Positions 25,591 through 38,956 of a stretch of DNA of 64,000 nt are shown piece after piece. Under the pieces are notes generated by a model, which was not told where the DNA came from, did not search any database, and saw nothing but the letters and a program-made list of their open reading frames with translations. Within the stretch, counting starts at the first letter, position 1; every line of letters begins with the position of its first letter. Source of the stretch: the human T2T-CHM13v2.0 reference genome, Homo sapiens. The stretch is from NCBI RefSeq assembly GCF_009914755.1, contig NC_060927.1; one strand, written 5' to 3'. Both the position numbers and the translations under genes were made by a program.

Positions 25591-27478
25591 GAAGGCTCTG
25601 AAAATCCTTCTGTAAAATGGGTATGGAGGACATGGACTTGACATGATCTCAACTGCTTTTACATAGATAACTCAAGCAGCAGTGTAGAGATAGGTCGGGC
25701 TACTAAAAAATTGTCATGAAGGAGGCTAGTTAGGAGGCCAGTATAATAATTTGTTAAAAAAATATAACAAAGCTATGATCTGGACTAGTGACATCAGGAA
25801 TGAAAAAAGACTGATTTGAGAAATATGCAAAGTAGACTGAATGGGACTTTCTAACTATTAATATATTAAGGAAACAAACAAAATAAAGGGCCCTCATTGA
25901 GGGGACGCCGAAAAGGAAAATGGGATTCACACATACAACCACGAAAAACAATTTTTGATTTATGAGTGAGAATATCTCTGGTGGGTAGCATGGATTCTAT
26001 CAATGGCTCTTAATTTTGGAAAATGAACGGAATCTTTTAATAAATATAATGGGGTGCTCAGTGAAAACTGGGACTTAAAATGGGCATTTTGAAAGAAATG
26101 AGCACTTTCTGCCTCTTGGAGTCAGGCTTATAAACATAAAATACATAGCTATATGTAAATATATAGAAGAAAGCTATGTATTTTACATTTAGGGCAAACC
26201 ACTCTTAGCATTATATAATGTATTTAATGTGACCATATAAGACAAAAATGCCACTATTTGATGGAAGTCTTCATTCAAGATTTGAGTCATAGATATAATG
26301 CAAATGTAGTTGCTTCAGATTAAACTATGGTGCCTTCACCTGTATGAATATGAATTTGTTGTTTCCTTAATAGAATTATGCACCATAAGCATAGAAAAAC
26401 CCTTTTCCTCTTCCACATATGGATTTAGACCATTTTTAACTTGAAAATTATGTTTTCCTCTTTATATATGTGGCTGTGAATGCTCATCTAAGCATTTGGT
26501 TACAGGAGATTAAGAGTGGAGACCATGTAGTAATAGAGATTTTGTGCAAGCTAGAGTATCTTTTCATCTCTTGCCAATATAAAGAATGGAAAACAACTGT
26601 CCTGAGCTTGGAACAGCACTGCTTGGACTTGATTGTTGCTGTGGGACACGGGGTGTTGAGACTTAATAATCCATACTCTTGGAAACATATGGTCAACTAA
26701 TCTGATTATCTTTATCGCATGGACCACAAGACTTCAATGCTTTTTATGTGAGTGGGTAGCATTTTCCTTGAAGATAAGGAATGTTTCCAATGTCAAATCC
26801 AGGAAAAAGGTCAGTTGAGTAATAGAAAATAAAGTAACTTTTAGACAAATAAGGAAAAATACTTCTTTTCTTTCTGTGCCTTTGGGCAAACTGTGCCTGA
26901 GATGAACAGCATAGACATATTTTGAGTAGTTCTGAGAGTGGAATATGATTTTAGTAGATTTTGGTACCAGTGCTTTCAGATATATATTTACCCGATTTTT
27001 CTATGGCATGTGGCCTGCATGTGCCATTCCCTGCTGAGGAAATGGAGAACTGCAGTTCTGCTCCCAGCAATTTTTCTCTCTGGGAATGAATCAAAATGTA
27101 AATGAGGACTCTCGCTTGGGCTAAGCTCTAGCCTTCTATATTAGCTGGAACCATCAGATAATCTTTCAGAAATTTAAACTTTGGAACAAAAAGCGACCAT
27201 AACTAGGAGCAGTTAGAATAGAGTCACATCCCTTGCAACCCAGATAAAAGGCATCTGAACTGTGGCTTTAGAGAGCCCTGAGGCTACTTTTCCTTCTTCT
27301 TCATCATAAAACTCTTTCTTAACTCTGGAAATGTCATTGGTATCTTTTTTATCAATCTGTTCGAATTTACAAGGAACATAGCTGATTACCATAGCTTTCA
27401 ACCCAATTAACTTTATCATAGCATGCAGTGTAGTGTTTAATCTGATGGAAGGATTTAGTTGCATGTTTTGTTTGCTAA

Positions 27479-27865
<387 letters not shown>

Positions 27866-27959
27866 TAACCTTCTCATCTGATTTCTAGATCACTTCCTGA
27901 TTCGTGAAACACTTCCATTCGTCTAATACACAAAAATATTTACTAATAATTCACCTCAT

Positions 27960-28260
27960 ACTGTCTCAGGATGGGCTGGGTTAAGCTTTAATAATTGATA
28001 ACCTGAAAATCTGAATTACTTTTAAAAACAAAAACTGATGTCACACTTACTCTACATTTTTTTTTCATGGGTTAGCTATTGTTCTTATATGTTTCCTTAA
28101 TCTAGATTATAGACTAACAGAGCTTCCTCTGTGTGAAATGTTGCCAATCATTCTGGAAAAGGAGAAAATAGAGCAAAGTCAAGATGTATGGACACATAAC
28201 TTCCGTCCTGAAGTTGTGTATCACTTATGCCTACATTTCTTTGACCAAAGTGGAGCAGAG
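27960..28260 (-). mobile_element. Old MLT1 (J/K-like) LTR fragment
   Basis: tcaggatgggctgggttaagct...gaagttgtgtatcacttatgcctacatttctttgaccaaag. Confidence 0.5.
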
Positions 28261-28314
28261 GGCTATGACCTCACACAAAAGAGCACTGAACACTACTGAA
28301 GAGTCCCTCAGTCT

Positions 28315-28500
28315 ATCCCATTTATTGTATGCCAGATACAGTAGTAGGCATTTATTTTCTATACATTTCTTTATCTAATGTGTATTTAACTTCTTTTTAT
28401 GACCGGGGAGCCTGAGACTTAGATCAAGTACTTTTCCATAATCCAAAGAGCTAGCATATGACAGAGCTGAGATCTGAGCAACATTCTGCTTGACTATACA
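28315..28500 (-). mobile_element. MIR
   Basis: gtatgccagatac...ctgagacttaga...gacagagctgagatctga. Confidence 0.55.
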
Positions 28501-28791
28501 ACTCACTTGATTTTTTCTTTCCTTCCTTCTCCAATTAATCACCAAGTATTTCTTCTGTACTACTATGTAGCTTATGATTTCATCCACTTCTTAATTTCCA
28601 TTGCAATGAAAATAGTCTGGGAAACTCATGTATTCTTTTTAACCTAGATTATTTCAGTGCCCCACTCACAATGTTTTAATTGCCTCTCAACTTTCTTCCC
28701 TGCAGTTACCCTTATTCAGAAAGAAAAAAAATATCCAAAACACAAGTCTGCAAATGGAACCTTCTTTCTTAAAAATTTTCAATGACTTCTC

Positions 28792-29111
<320 letters not shown>

Positions 29112-30219
29112 TCACAGTTTTTGAAATGTTTGATGACTAAATAAAAAGTAGTTGATAAAGATCCTTCAAGAATTTGTTTATATCTTCCCAAGCAAATCAT
29201 ATACATATGCAACTGCTTAAGAAGCATTTTCAATCAAGAATAAAGAGATAACAAATAAACCAATAAAGTAAAACATGAAACATTTAAAATCTAACAATAC
29301 ACATAAAACAATTTGCTAAGAGCTCTTCAAACAGCTTATTTTGGGTCAAGATCATGAGAGGTTGTACCTGTACATGTTTTTATGGGTTCTGTCAGTGAAG
29401 ACAAATAGGGAATATTATTCAGTTATTATTACATATTACCATAACAGTAGAAGTACTAGAAGTTGAGAGTTTGAGAAATAAGGGAATCAGGTGAACAGAT
29501 GCAATTGCAAGGAAATATAAATTGTGAGAAGTAATGTTTTAGAAGTGAATTCTCCCAGATTACATTAAATGTTAGAAACCATAATTTGCTGGTACTCTAA
29601 TGTCACTTACTAATCTGTAATTAAATGAGAGCTGAAAAATGTATGTTCCCTTCAATATATTAATTTTGCTATGTGACATAAATAATGTGAATTTGTATTA
29701 TAATATATTTGCATGATTTAAAAAGTTCTTCATTTCAGTGTACATTTGACAAACCATTAGAAGAATACAAATCCACCTTCTTACCACAATACGCTTACTC
29801 TTTCACACACGGACACAAACATCACATATTAGAGGGCTTTGTGTGCGTGTTTTGGATTACCTAGGGTTGTTTGCTTTAGAAAATAGGCTTTGAAATCAGC
29901 CAAAATGTATCATAGACTCAAAACTGTGTGGCACGCTCTAATTTAAAATGAAGACCTGATCCTACAGTCATACATTTACTATGCTTAATCGCAAATCTAT
30001 TGACCTCTCCTCAACCCTAAGCCATTTTGGCCTGATTCACAATTTAGCTATTCTTCTTACCTTCTCCCTGCTGTAGGAGCAACTGAATAGAAGCTCTCAG
30101 TTTGATCAATAAATATATGCAGGCAAATCCCATTTGAAGATACATCTTGATTTTTGCAGTAACTGGAATATTGAGATAGACACAAAAGTATTGAGGTTGG
30201 CATAATCAGGTAATAGACA

Positions 30220-32720
30220 CATTTATTAATTCATTATTTTATTCATAATTTTAATAAAAAATTAGTAAATGGTTACTATATGTTTAAGCATCTGTGCATG
30301 AGGCAGGAGGAAACAGAACAAACAATAAATATATAAGTAGATAGGAGTTCTATAGAGAAGAATAAAACATAATAAGACATAATAGGGAGTACTAGTGGTT
30401 GTCATTTCTATTTTATATTAAACAGAGAATTAGAAAAGGCCTTGTTGACTAGGTGACATCTAAGCAATGTGCAGAGAGACCTGAGGGAGAGTGGCATGTG
30501 GCTCTACAGGAAATGGATAGTCAAGGTAGAGGAAGCATCAAGCCTAATTGCATGAAACACATATATTCAGACTGTTTAAGGAAAAAAGGAGGCCAGTGTG
30601 GCAGAGTTGAGAGTCCAAAAGGGAGAATGGTAGAAAATTAGGTCAGATAATTGAGGGTGAAGTAGATCATGTAAGGCCTTGGAGACTTTTGTTTCAGACT
30701 GTTTCACTCTGTAACAAAGTAGATTTCTTCTTTGCCTGGCGACAAAGACTACATTTCTCAGTTTTCTATCCCATCAGACATGGCCATGTGACTGAGTTAA
30801 AACCAATAAAATGTGACATAAAATGAGCCATTTCATGTCCAACCCTAGCCTGTAAAAATCTCCCAGGTTTGATCATCGTGCTTTTTCCCCAATTTACTGA
30901 TTTGAGATGAATAATTGTAGTGACCCTGAAAGCCATACGCTCAAGAAGGTGGAGCCATCAGATTAAGTTTGTGGCCTTCCATCATCGCAGGAAAGAGAGT
31001 TAGCTTCTCATCATAAACATATAGTTTAGTATTTATGAGAATAAAAATAAATATCCATCACATTTGAGCCATCACAGGCACTATAGATCAGGCAATATGA
31101 GGATGGAGAGTTGATTGCTAGATGAGATTTATGCTGACAATTGTTTCAGTGGAGTAGTGAGCATAAAAATCTTACATTCAATCATAGGTACATTCAAGAG
31201 AAAACTAGGGGAGAAAAATTGGAGATGTGAGCATATAAAAATCATTCAAAAACTTTTTTTGTGAATGGGAGTAAATAAATATGGTGATAGCTTGAGGGGC
31301 TATAGGATCAAGGGAAATGTTTTTTACTAAGGAAGTGTTAGAGTATTTTGAGAAGAATTATGAATGAGGGGAAAATGATTGCTTAGAATAGAAAAGCAAT
31401 TGCTGAGACATTTGAGCTTGCAAGAGATTGCATGACCGAATGCAGGAATTATTGGTTTTAAGTGGAAATACGGAGAGTTTATTTATTTTATCAGAAGGGA
31501 AAGCAAAACTAATTGGTATTTGTGTAGACAAATAAGAAGATGTGATGGAAACTTTTGGATGCACTTGTTTTGTAGTTTTTAGAAAAGGGATCAATAGCTG
31601 AGACTGAGAAAGTGGAGAGGAATTGGAGGCTTGATGAGAAATGAGAAGATATAGTAGTTATCTAAATTATGGGAGACGAAATGTATTTGAGAAATGTATA
31701 GAAACATCATTATGGTTTCACTTCTGATTGATAATCATCGTTTGGTGGAACCAGTTAGTAAGGTTACATGGTTTTCTTCAGCCATTACTTGCCCAGTTGT
31801 AGGCAGAAAGTTGAATTTAAACAAAATAATTATTTTTCTAGATAAGTACCATAAAATGACCAAAAGGAAAGACAATTAAGACTATATGAAATATGAAAAG
31901 ATTGATAATGATAGTACATGTAATTTAATCCAGTCAAGAAGAAACTTGTGAAAGAACAATGGACTTTCAATTCTAGTGGGAAAAAATGTTGGAATTATGG
32001 TATGGCATAAGAAAGTGCTTCGTGGAACTACAGTAGGTGTTGGTTAGAGAGTATGAAAATTGAAAATAAGATTAAGGTGTGTATATGGCTATTGATAATG
32101 ACAAGGTCTAAAGTGTAACTGTGTATAAGGTTAGCTGAAGTAGGAGGAGGGAAAAGATAATAAAGGAGAGTCTGGATTATTAAAAAATATCATCTATATA
32201 GATATGAAATTATAAATACTTATGGCAGAGAGATAGAATTGGAGAGATAGAATCAGTGAGGCTTCAAGGAATGAGAAATGACCAAAAGAATCACTCGATG
32301 ACTGCAACAAGGATAGGCTGTAGTCACTTTAAAGTTGTAAGGTTTTTTTAAGAGAGAAGGAAGCAACTGAAAGAAGAACAACACTCCCACTACAGGCCTA
32401 GTGAAGAGGGAGTATTAAAAACTAATGGGCACTTCTTGAGAGTGATTTCAGAGGAAACACTGTCATTTGATGAGAATCAGGTTTATGCTAGAGTTTAAAT
32501 TGGAGGAAAGGATGTTCAATGAATAAAGGGATTTTTATGAATGTTTATGAATAAAGGGATTTTTCTCATGATGGGCCTTGACTTCTAGGATGGAAGGGAA
32601 GAAGGTATGGAGGTAAGGATTTAGTGGAGGAAAGGTTTAGCCTAAGTAAAAAGTAAGTGAAGAATCATTTGGGGAAGAGTACAGTTAGTGCAGGGTAATC
32701 TGTGCATCTTCGACTCCTGG
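30220..32720 (-). mobile_element. Long diverged L2, interrupted by an LTR
   Basis: gaaaaggccttgttgactaggtgacatctaagca; agatcatgtaaggccttg; tttcagtggagtagtga; purine-rich antisense L2 body. Confidence 0.65.
30700..31075 (+). mobile_element. LTR16C-like ERVL LTR inserted in L2
   Basis: gactacatttctcag...tggccatgtgactgagtt...ccaataaaatgtga. Confidence 0.6.
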
Positions 32721-33197
32721 ATATAAACAACAGATGGACCTTGAAGAGCCCTTGCCAGCAGACACCTATATTTTAATCTCTTTGTTTAGACTGCCTTGCA
32801 GACATACCATGCTGAATTAGTTTTTAGTGCAATTCTTAATACAAATTTTGAATAGCCCCAAATAGTCAACTCAAAATTTATGGCAAATGAAAAATGAAAT
32901 ATCCTGATAGTAATATCAGGAAATATCTTTATCTTTAGACATGTTGTATCAGGGAATATCTTTACCTTTAGAAATAACATTATCTTTAGACATGTTATTG
33001 TATAAAAAACAGGGTTATATAAAAAACAGGGTTAACCACTTTCATATACTTTGCAATACTTGGTTTTATTGTTCAGTAATGATCATACCAATTTCTTTAT
33101 CTTCATTATTATATTAAAATGAAACCGTATGTTGGTATTATTACTCTGTTATTTGCTATGTATTCGCTCAGTTTGGTGCTTGATAAATGTAAGCATT

Positions 33198-33365
33198 TCA
33201 ATGGTTTTAATCTTGGCTGCATGGTAGAACCACTTGGAAAGTTTTTAAAAATACCTATGCTGATTCCTTACAACTGACTTATAATTCTCATTGGGGGCAT
33301 ATACCTTTTTAAAAAAATCGTCCACAAGTGATTGTACTATGCAGTCAGCATTGAGAAGTAATGAT
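33198..33365. mobile_element. MER5-type hAT non-autonomous element
   Basis: caatggttttaatcttggctgcatggtagaaccacttggaaagtttttaaaa...gtgattgtactatgcagtcagcattgagaagtaatg. Confidence 0.7.
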
Positions 33366-34050
33366 TCAGAAAACGTAGTCACAAACCAAGCAAAGGTAAG
33401 CATGAATAAATCAGAAAAAAAAATAATCCATTTCCCTCAGTTGATGGCATTTTTATAGCTTTAATACAGCACTTATCCTTTTGTACAAGGGTGAATTTTG
33501 CATGTCATTGTGTCTCTGACTAGACTATCAGTTCCCTAAATTGAGAGTCACATCTGATTTGCGTTTATATTATGCTGAGCTTGAGCTTAACACACCGACT
33601 TTCACAGATGTGCTTATTTTATTTTTATGACAGCTATTCTATCATTGAGAACATAGAGAATTGGTTTTATTTAATAAAGAAAAAATCCAAATAGGTATTG
33701 TACATCTGACACTTCTTTTTCATCAGCTATTTAAAGTGGCATTATCTTCTAAATTATTTTACATTATTGCTTTCTTTAAATAATCCATCGTAATTAAAAT
33801 AATTAAATCTTACAGTATGGTATTTATGTTTCATATGTAGAACATTAAATATTTTTTTAAAAATTTTATTTTACTTTAAGTTCCAGGATACATGTACAGA
33901 ACATGCAGGTTTGTTACATAGGAATATGTGTGCTATGGTGGTTTGCTGCACCTATTGACCCATCCTCTATGTTCCTTCCCCTTGTCCTCCACCCCCAAAC
34001 AAGCCCCGGGGTGTGTTGTTCTCTTCCCTGTGTCCATGTGTTCTCACTGT

Positions 34051-37000
34051 TCAACTCCCACTTATGAGTGAGAACATGTGGTATTTGGTTTCCTGTTCCT
34101 GTGTTACTCTGCTGAGGATGATGGCTTCTAGCATCATCCATGACCCTGCAAAGGACATGAATATTTTATGGCTGCATAGTATTCCATGGTGTATATGTAC
34201 TACATTTTCTTTATCTAGTCTATCATTGATGGGCATTTGGGTTGGTTCCTTGACTTTGCTATTGTAAATAGTGCTCCAATAAACATACATGTGCATGTGC
34301 CTTTGTTGTAGAATGATTTGTATTCCTTTGGGTATATACCCAGTAATAGGATTGCTGGGTCAAATGGTATGTCTAGTTCTAGGTCCTTGAGGAATCACCA
34401 CACTGTCTACCACAATGGTTGAAATAATTTACACTCCCACCGACAGTGTAAAAGCATTCCTATTTCTCCACAGCCTCACCAGCATCTATTATTTCTTGAC
34501 TTTTTAATAATCGCCATTCTGACTGGTGTGAGATGATATCTCATTGTGGTTTGGATTTTCATTTCTCTAATGATCAGTGATGTTGAGCGTTTTTTCATAT
34601 GTTTGTTGGCCGCATAAATGTCTTCTTTTGAGAAGTGTCCGTTCATATCCTTTGCCCACTTTTTGATGGTCTTGTTTTTTTCTTGTAAATTTGTTTAAGT
34701 TCCTTGTAGATAGACCTTTGTCAGATGGGTAGATTGCAAAAATTTTCTCCCGTTCTGTAGGTTGCCTGTTCACTTGGTTGCTAGTTTCTTTTGCTGTGCA
34801 GGAGCTCTTTAGTTTTATTAGATACAATTTGTCAATTTTGGCTTTTGTTGCAATTGCTTTTTGCGTTTTTGTCATGAAGTCTTTGCCCATGCCTCCATCC
34901 AATGGTATTGCCTAGGTTTTCTTCTAGGGTTGTAATGGTTTTGGGTTTTACATATAAGCCTTCAATCCATCTTGAGTGAATTTTTGTATAAGGTATAAGG
35001 AATGAGTCCAGTTTCTGTTTTCTGCCTATGGCTAGACAGTTTTCCCAGCACCATTTATTAAATAGGGAATCCTTCCCACATTTCTTGTTTTTGTCAGGTT
35101 TGCCGAAGATCAGGTGGTTGTAGATTTGTGATGTTATTTCTGAGGTCTCTGTTCTGTTCCATTGCTCTATATGTCTGTTTTGGAAGCAGTACCATACTGT
35201 TTTGTTTACTGTAGCCTTGTAGTATAGTTTGAAGTCAGGTAGCATGATGACTCCAGCTTTGTTCTTTTTGCTTAGGATTGTCTTGGCTATATGGGGTCTT
35301 CTTTAATTCCATATGAAATTTAAAGTAGTTTTTTTTCTAATTCTGTGAAGAATGTCAATGGTAGTTTGATGGGAATAGCATTGAATCTATAAATTACTCT
35401 GGGCAATATGGCCATTTTCACGATATTGATTCTTCCTATCCATGAGGATGGGATGTTTTTCCACTCATTTGTGTCCTATTTCCTTGAGCAGTGGTTTGTA
35501 GTTCTCCTTGAAGAGGTCCTTCACATCCCTTGTAAACTGTATTTCTAGGTATTTTATTCTCTTTGTAGCAATTGTGAATGGGAGTTCATTCATAATTTGG
35601 CTCTCTGAGTGTCTGTCCTTGGTGTAAAGGAATCCTTGTGATTTTTGCACATTGATTTTGTATCCTGGGACTTTGCCCAAGTTGCTTATTAGCTTAAGCA
35701 GTTTTAGGGCTGAGATGATGGGGTTTTCTAAATATATAATTATGTCATCTGCAAACCCAGACAATTGGACTTCCTCTCTTCCTATTTGAATATCCTTTAT
35801 TTTCCTTGACCGATTGCCCTGGGCAGAACTTTCAATATTATGTTGAATAGGAGTGGTGAGAGAGGGTATCCTTGTCTTGTGCTGGTTTTCAAAGGGAATG
35901 CTTCCAGCTTTTGCCCATTCAATATGATATTGGCTGTGGGTTTGTCAAAAATAGCTCTTATTATTTTGAGATAATTTCTATGAATGCCTAGTTTATTTAG
36001 AGTTTTTAACATGAAGCAATGTTGAATTTTATCAAAGGTCTTTTCTGTGTCTATTGAGATAATTATGTGGTTTTGTCTTTGGTTCTATTTATGTGACAGA
36101 TTATGTTTATTGATTTGTATATATTTTACTAGTCTTGTTTCCCAGGGATAAAGCTGACTTGATCGTGGTGGATAAACTTTTTGATGTGCTTCTGGATTTG
36201 GTTTGCCAGTATTTTATTGATAATTTTTACATCAATGTTATCAGGGATATTGGCCTGAAGTATTCTTTTTTTTGTTGTGTCTCTGCCAGGTTTTGGTATC
36301 AAGATGATGCTGGCTTCATAAAAGGAGTGAAGGAGGAGTCCCTCCTTTTCGATTATTTGGAATAGTTTCATCAGGAATGGTACGAGGTCCTCTTTGTACC
36401 TTTGGTATACTTCAGTTGTGAATCTGTCTGGTCCTGGGCTTTTTTATTTGGTAGGCTATTAATTCCTGCCTCAGTTTCAGAACTTGTTCTTGCTCTATTC
36501 AGGGATTTGACTTCTTCCTGGTTTAGTCTTGGGAGGATGTATGTGTCCATGGTTTATCCATTTCTTCTACATTTTCTAGTTTATTTACGTGGAGGTGTTT
36601 ATAGTATTTTCTGATGGTAGTTTGCATTTCTGTGGGGTCAGTGATGATACCCTCATTATCATTTTTCATTGTGTCTATTTGATTCTTTTCTATTTTCTTC
36701 TTTATTAGTATAGCTAGCCAGCTATTGTGTTGATTTTTTCAAAGAATCAGCTCCTGGATTCAATGATTTTTTAGAAGGTTTTTCATGTCTCTATCTCCTT
36801 CAATTCTGCTCTGATCTTAGTTATTTTTTGTCTTCTGCTAGCTTTTGGATTGGTCTGCTCTTGTTTCTCTAGCTCTTTTAATTGTGTTGTTAGGGTGTTG
36901 ATTTTAGATCTTTCCTGCTTCCTCATGTGGGCATTTAGTGCCATAAACTTCCCACTTAACACTGCTTTAGCTGTGTCCCAGAGATTCCGCTATGTTGTCT

Positions 37001-37875
37001 CTTTGCTCTCTTTGGTTTCAAGGAACTTGATTTCTGCCTTAATTTCATTATTTACCCAGGAGTCATTCAGGAGAAGATTTTTCAGTTTACATGCAATTGT
37101 GTGGTTTTAAGTGAGTTTCTTAATCTTGAGTTCTAATTTGATTGCACTGTGGTCTGAGAGACTGTTTGTTATGATTTCCATTCTTTTGCATTTGCTGAGG
37201 AGTGTTTTACTTCCAATTATGTGAATGATTTTTAGAATAAGTGCCATGTGGCACTGAGAAAAATGTATATTCTGTTGATTTAGGGTGGAGAGTTCCATAG
37301 ATGTCTATTAGGTACACTTGATCCAGAGCTGAATTCAAATCTTGACTCTACTTGTTAATTTTCTGTCTTGTTGATCTGTCTAATATTGACAGTGGGGTGG
37401 TAAAGTCTCCCACTATTATTGTGTGGGAATCTAAGTCTCTTTGTAGGTCTCTAAGAAATTGTTTTATGAATCTGGGTGCTCCTGTATTGGGCGCATATAT
37501 ATTTAGAATAGTTAGCTCTTCTCATTGAATTGATCCCATTACCATTATGTAATGCCCTTCATTGGCTTTTTTGATCTTTGTTGGGTTAAAATCTGTTTTA
37601 TCAGAGACTAGGATTGCACATCCTGCTTTTTTTGTTTGTTTGTTGTTTTGTTTTGTTTTGTTTTTGCTTTCCATTTCCTTTGCTTGGTCAGTTTTCCTCC
37701 ATCCCTTTGTTTTGAGCCTATGTGTGTCTTTGCATGTGAGATGGGTCTCCCAAATACAGCACACTGATGGATCTTGACTCTTTATCCATTTTGCCAGTCT
37801 GTGTCTTTTAATTGGGACATTTAGCCCATTTACACCTAAGGGTAGTATCATTATGTGTGAATTTGATCCTGTCAT
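34051..37875 (-). pseudogene. L1 ORF2 (endonuclease/reverse transcriptase), multiply frameshifted
   Basis: ORF fragments MTGSNSHI (EN start), [22 protein letters not shown] (RT) and C-terminal SLISGS. Confidence 0.95.
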
Positions 37876-37894
37876 TATGATGCCAGCATTGATG

Positions 37895-38956
37895 CAATTT
37901 CTTCATAGTGTCATTGGTCTTTATATTTTTGTGTTTTTTCAGTGACTGTTACTGGCTTCTCCTTTCCACATTTAGTGCTTCCTTCAGAAGGTCATTCAAG
38001 GCAGGCCTGGTGGTGAAGAAATCCCTCAGCATTTGCTTCTCTGGAAAGGATTTTATTTCTCCTTCGCTTATGAAACTTAGTTTGGCTGCATATGAAATTC
38101 TGGGTTGAAAATTATTTTCTTTAAGAATGTTGAATATTGGCCCCCAGTCTCTTCTGGCTTGTAGGATTTCTGCTGAAAGGTCCACTGTTAGTCTGATGGA
38201 ATTCCCTTTGTAGGTGACCTGGCCTTTCTGTCTGGCTGCCTTTAATATTTTTTTCCTTCATTTTGACCTTGGATAATCTAATGATTATGTGTCTTAGGGT
38301 TGATCTGCTTGTGGGGTATCTTAGTGGTGTTCTCTATTTCCTGAATTTGCATGTTAGTCTGTCTTGCTAGATTGGGAAAGTTATCCTGGTTAACATCCTG
38401 AAGTGTATTTTCCAACTTGTTTTCATTCTTCCCATCACTTTCAGGTACACTATTCAATCGTAGGCTGGGTCTTTTTATGTACTCCCATATTTCTTGGAGG
38501 CTTTGTTCCTTCCCTTTCATTCTTTTTTTTTTTTTTTTTTTTTGTCTAATCTTGTCTGCATGCTTTATTTCAGCAAGGTTGTCCTCAATCTCTGATATCC
38601 TTTCTTCTACTTGGTTGATTCAGCTATTGATACTTGTGTATGCTTCACAAAGTTCACGTGCTGTGTTTTTCAGCTCCATCAGGTAATTTATGCTCCTCTC
38701 TAAACTGGTTATTCTAGTTATCACCTCCTCTAATCTTATATCAATGTTCTTAGCTTCTTTGCATTGGGTTAGAACATGCTCCTTTAGCTCAGTGGAGTTC
38801 TTTATTATCCATCTCCTGAAGCCTATTCATGTCAACTCATCCATCTCATCTTTCATCTAGTTCTGCACCCCTGGTGGAGAGGCATTGCAATCATTTGGAG
38901 AAGAGGCACTCTGACCTTTTGGGTTTTCAGCACTTTTTTCACTGATTATTTCTCAT
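37895..38956 (-). pseudogene. L1 ORF1, disrupted
   Basis: ORF fragments EQSLQEIWEYIKRP and DLSAEILQARRDWGPIFNILKENNFQPRISY. Confidence 0.9.

Noticed and set aside
34051-38956. Potentially active L1 reverse transcriptase system
   Set aside because: Many frameshifts and stops in both ORFs; it is a known family and inactive.
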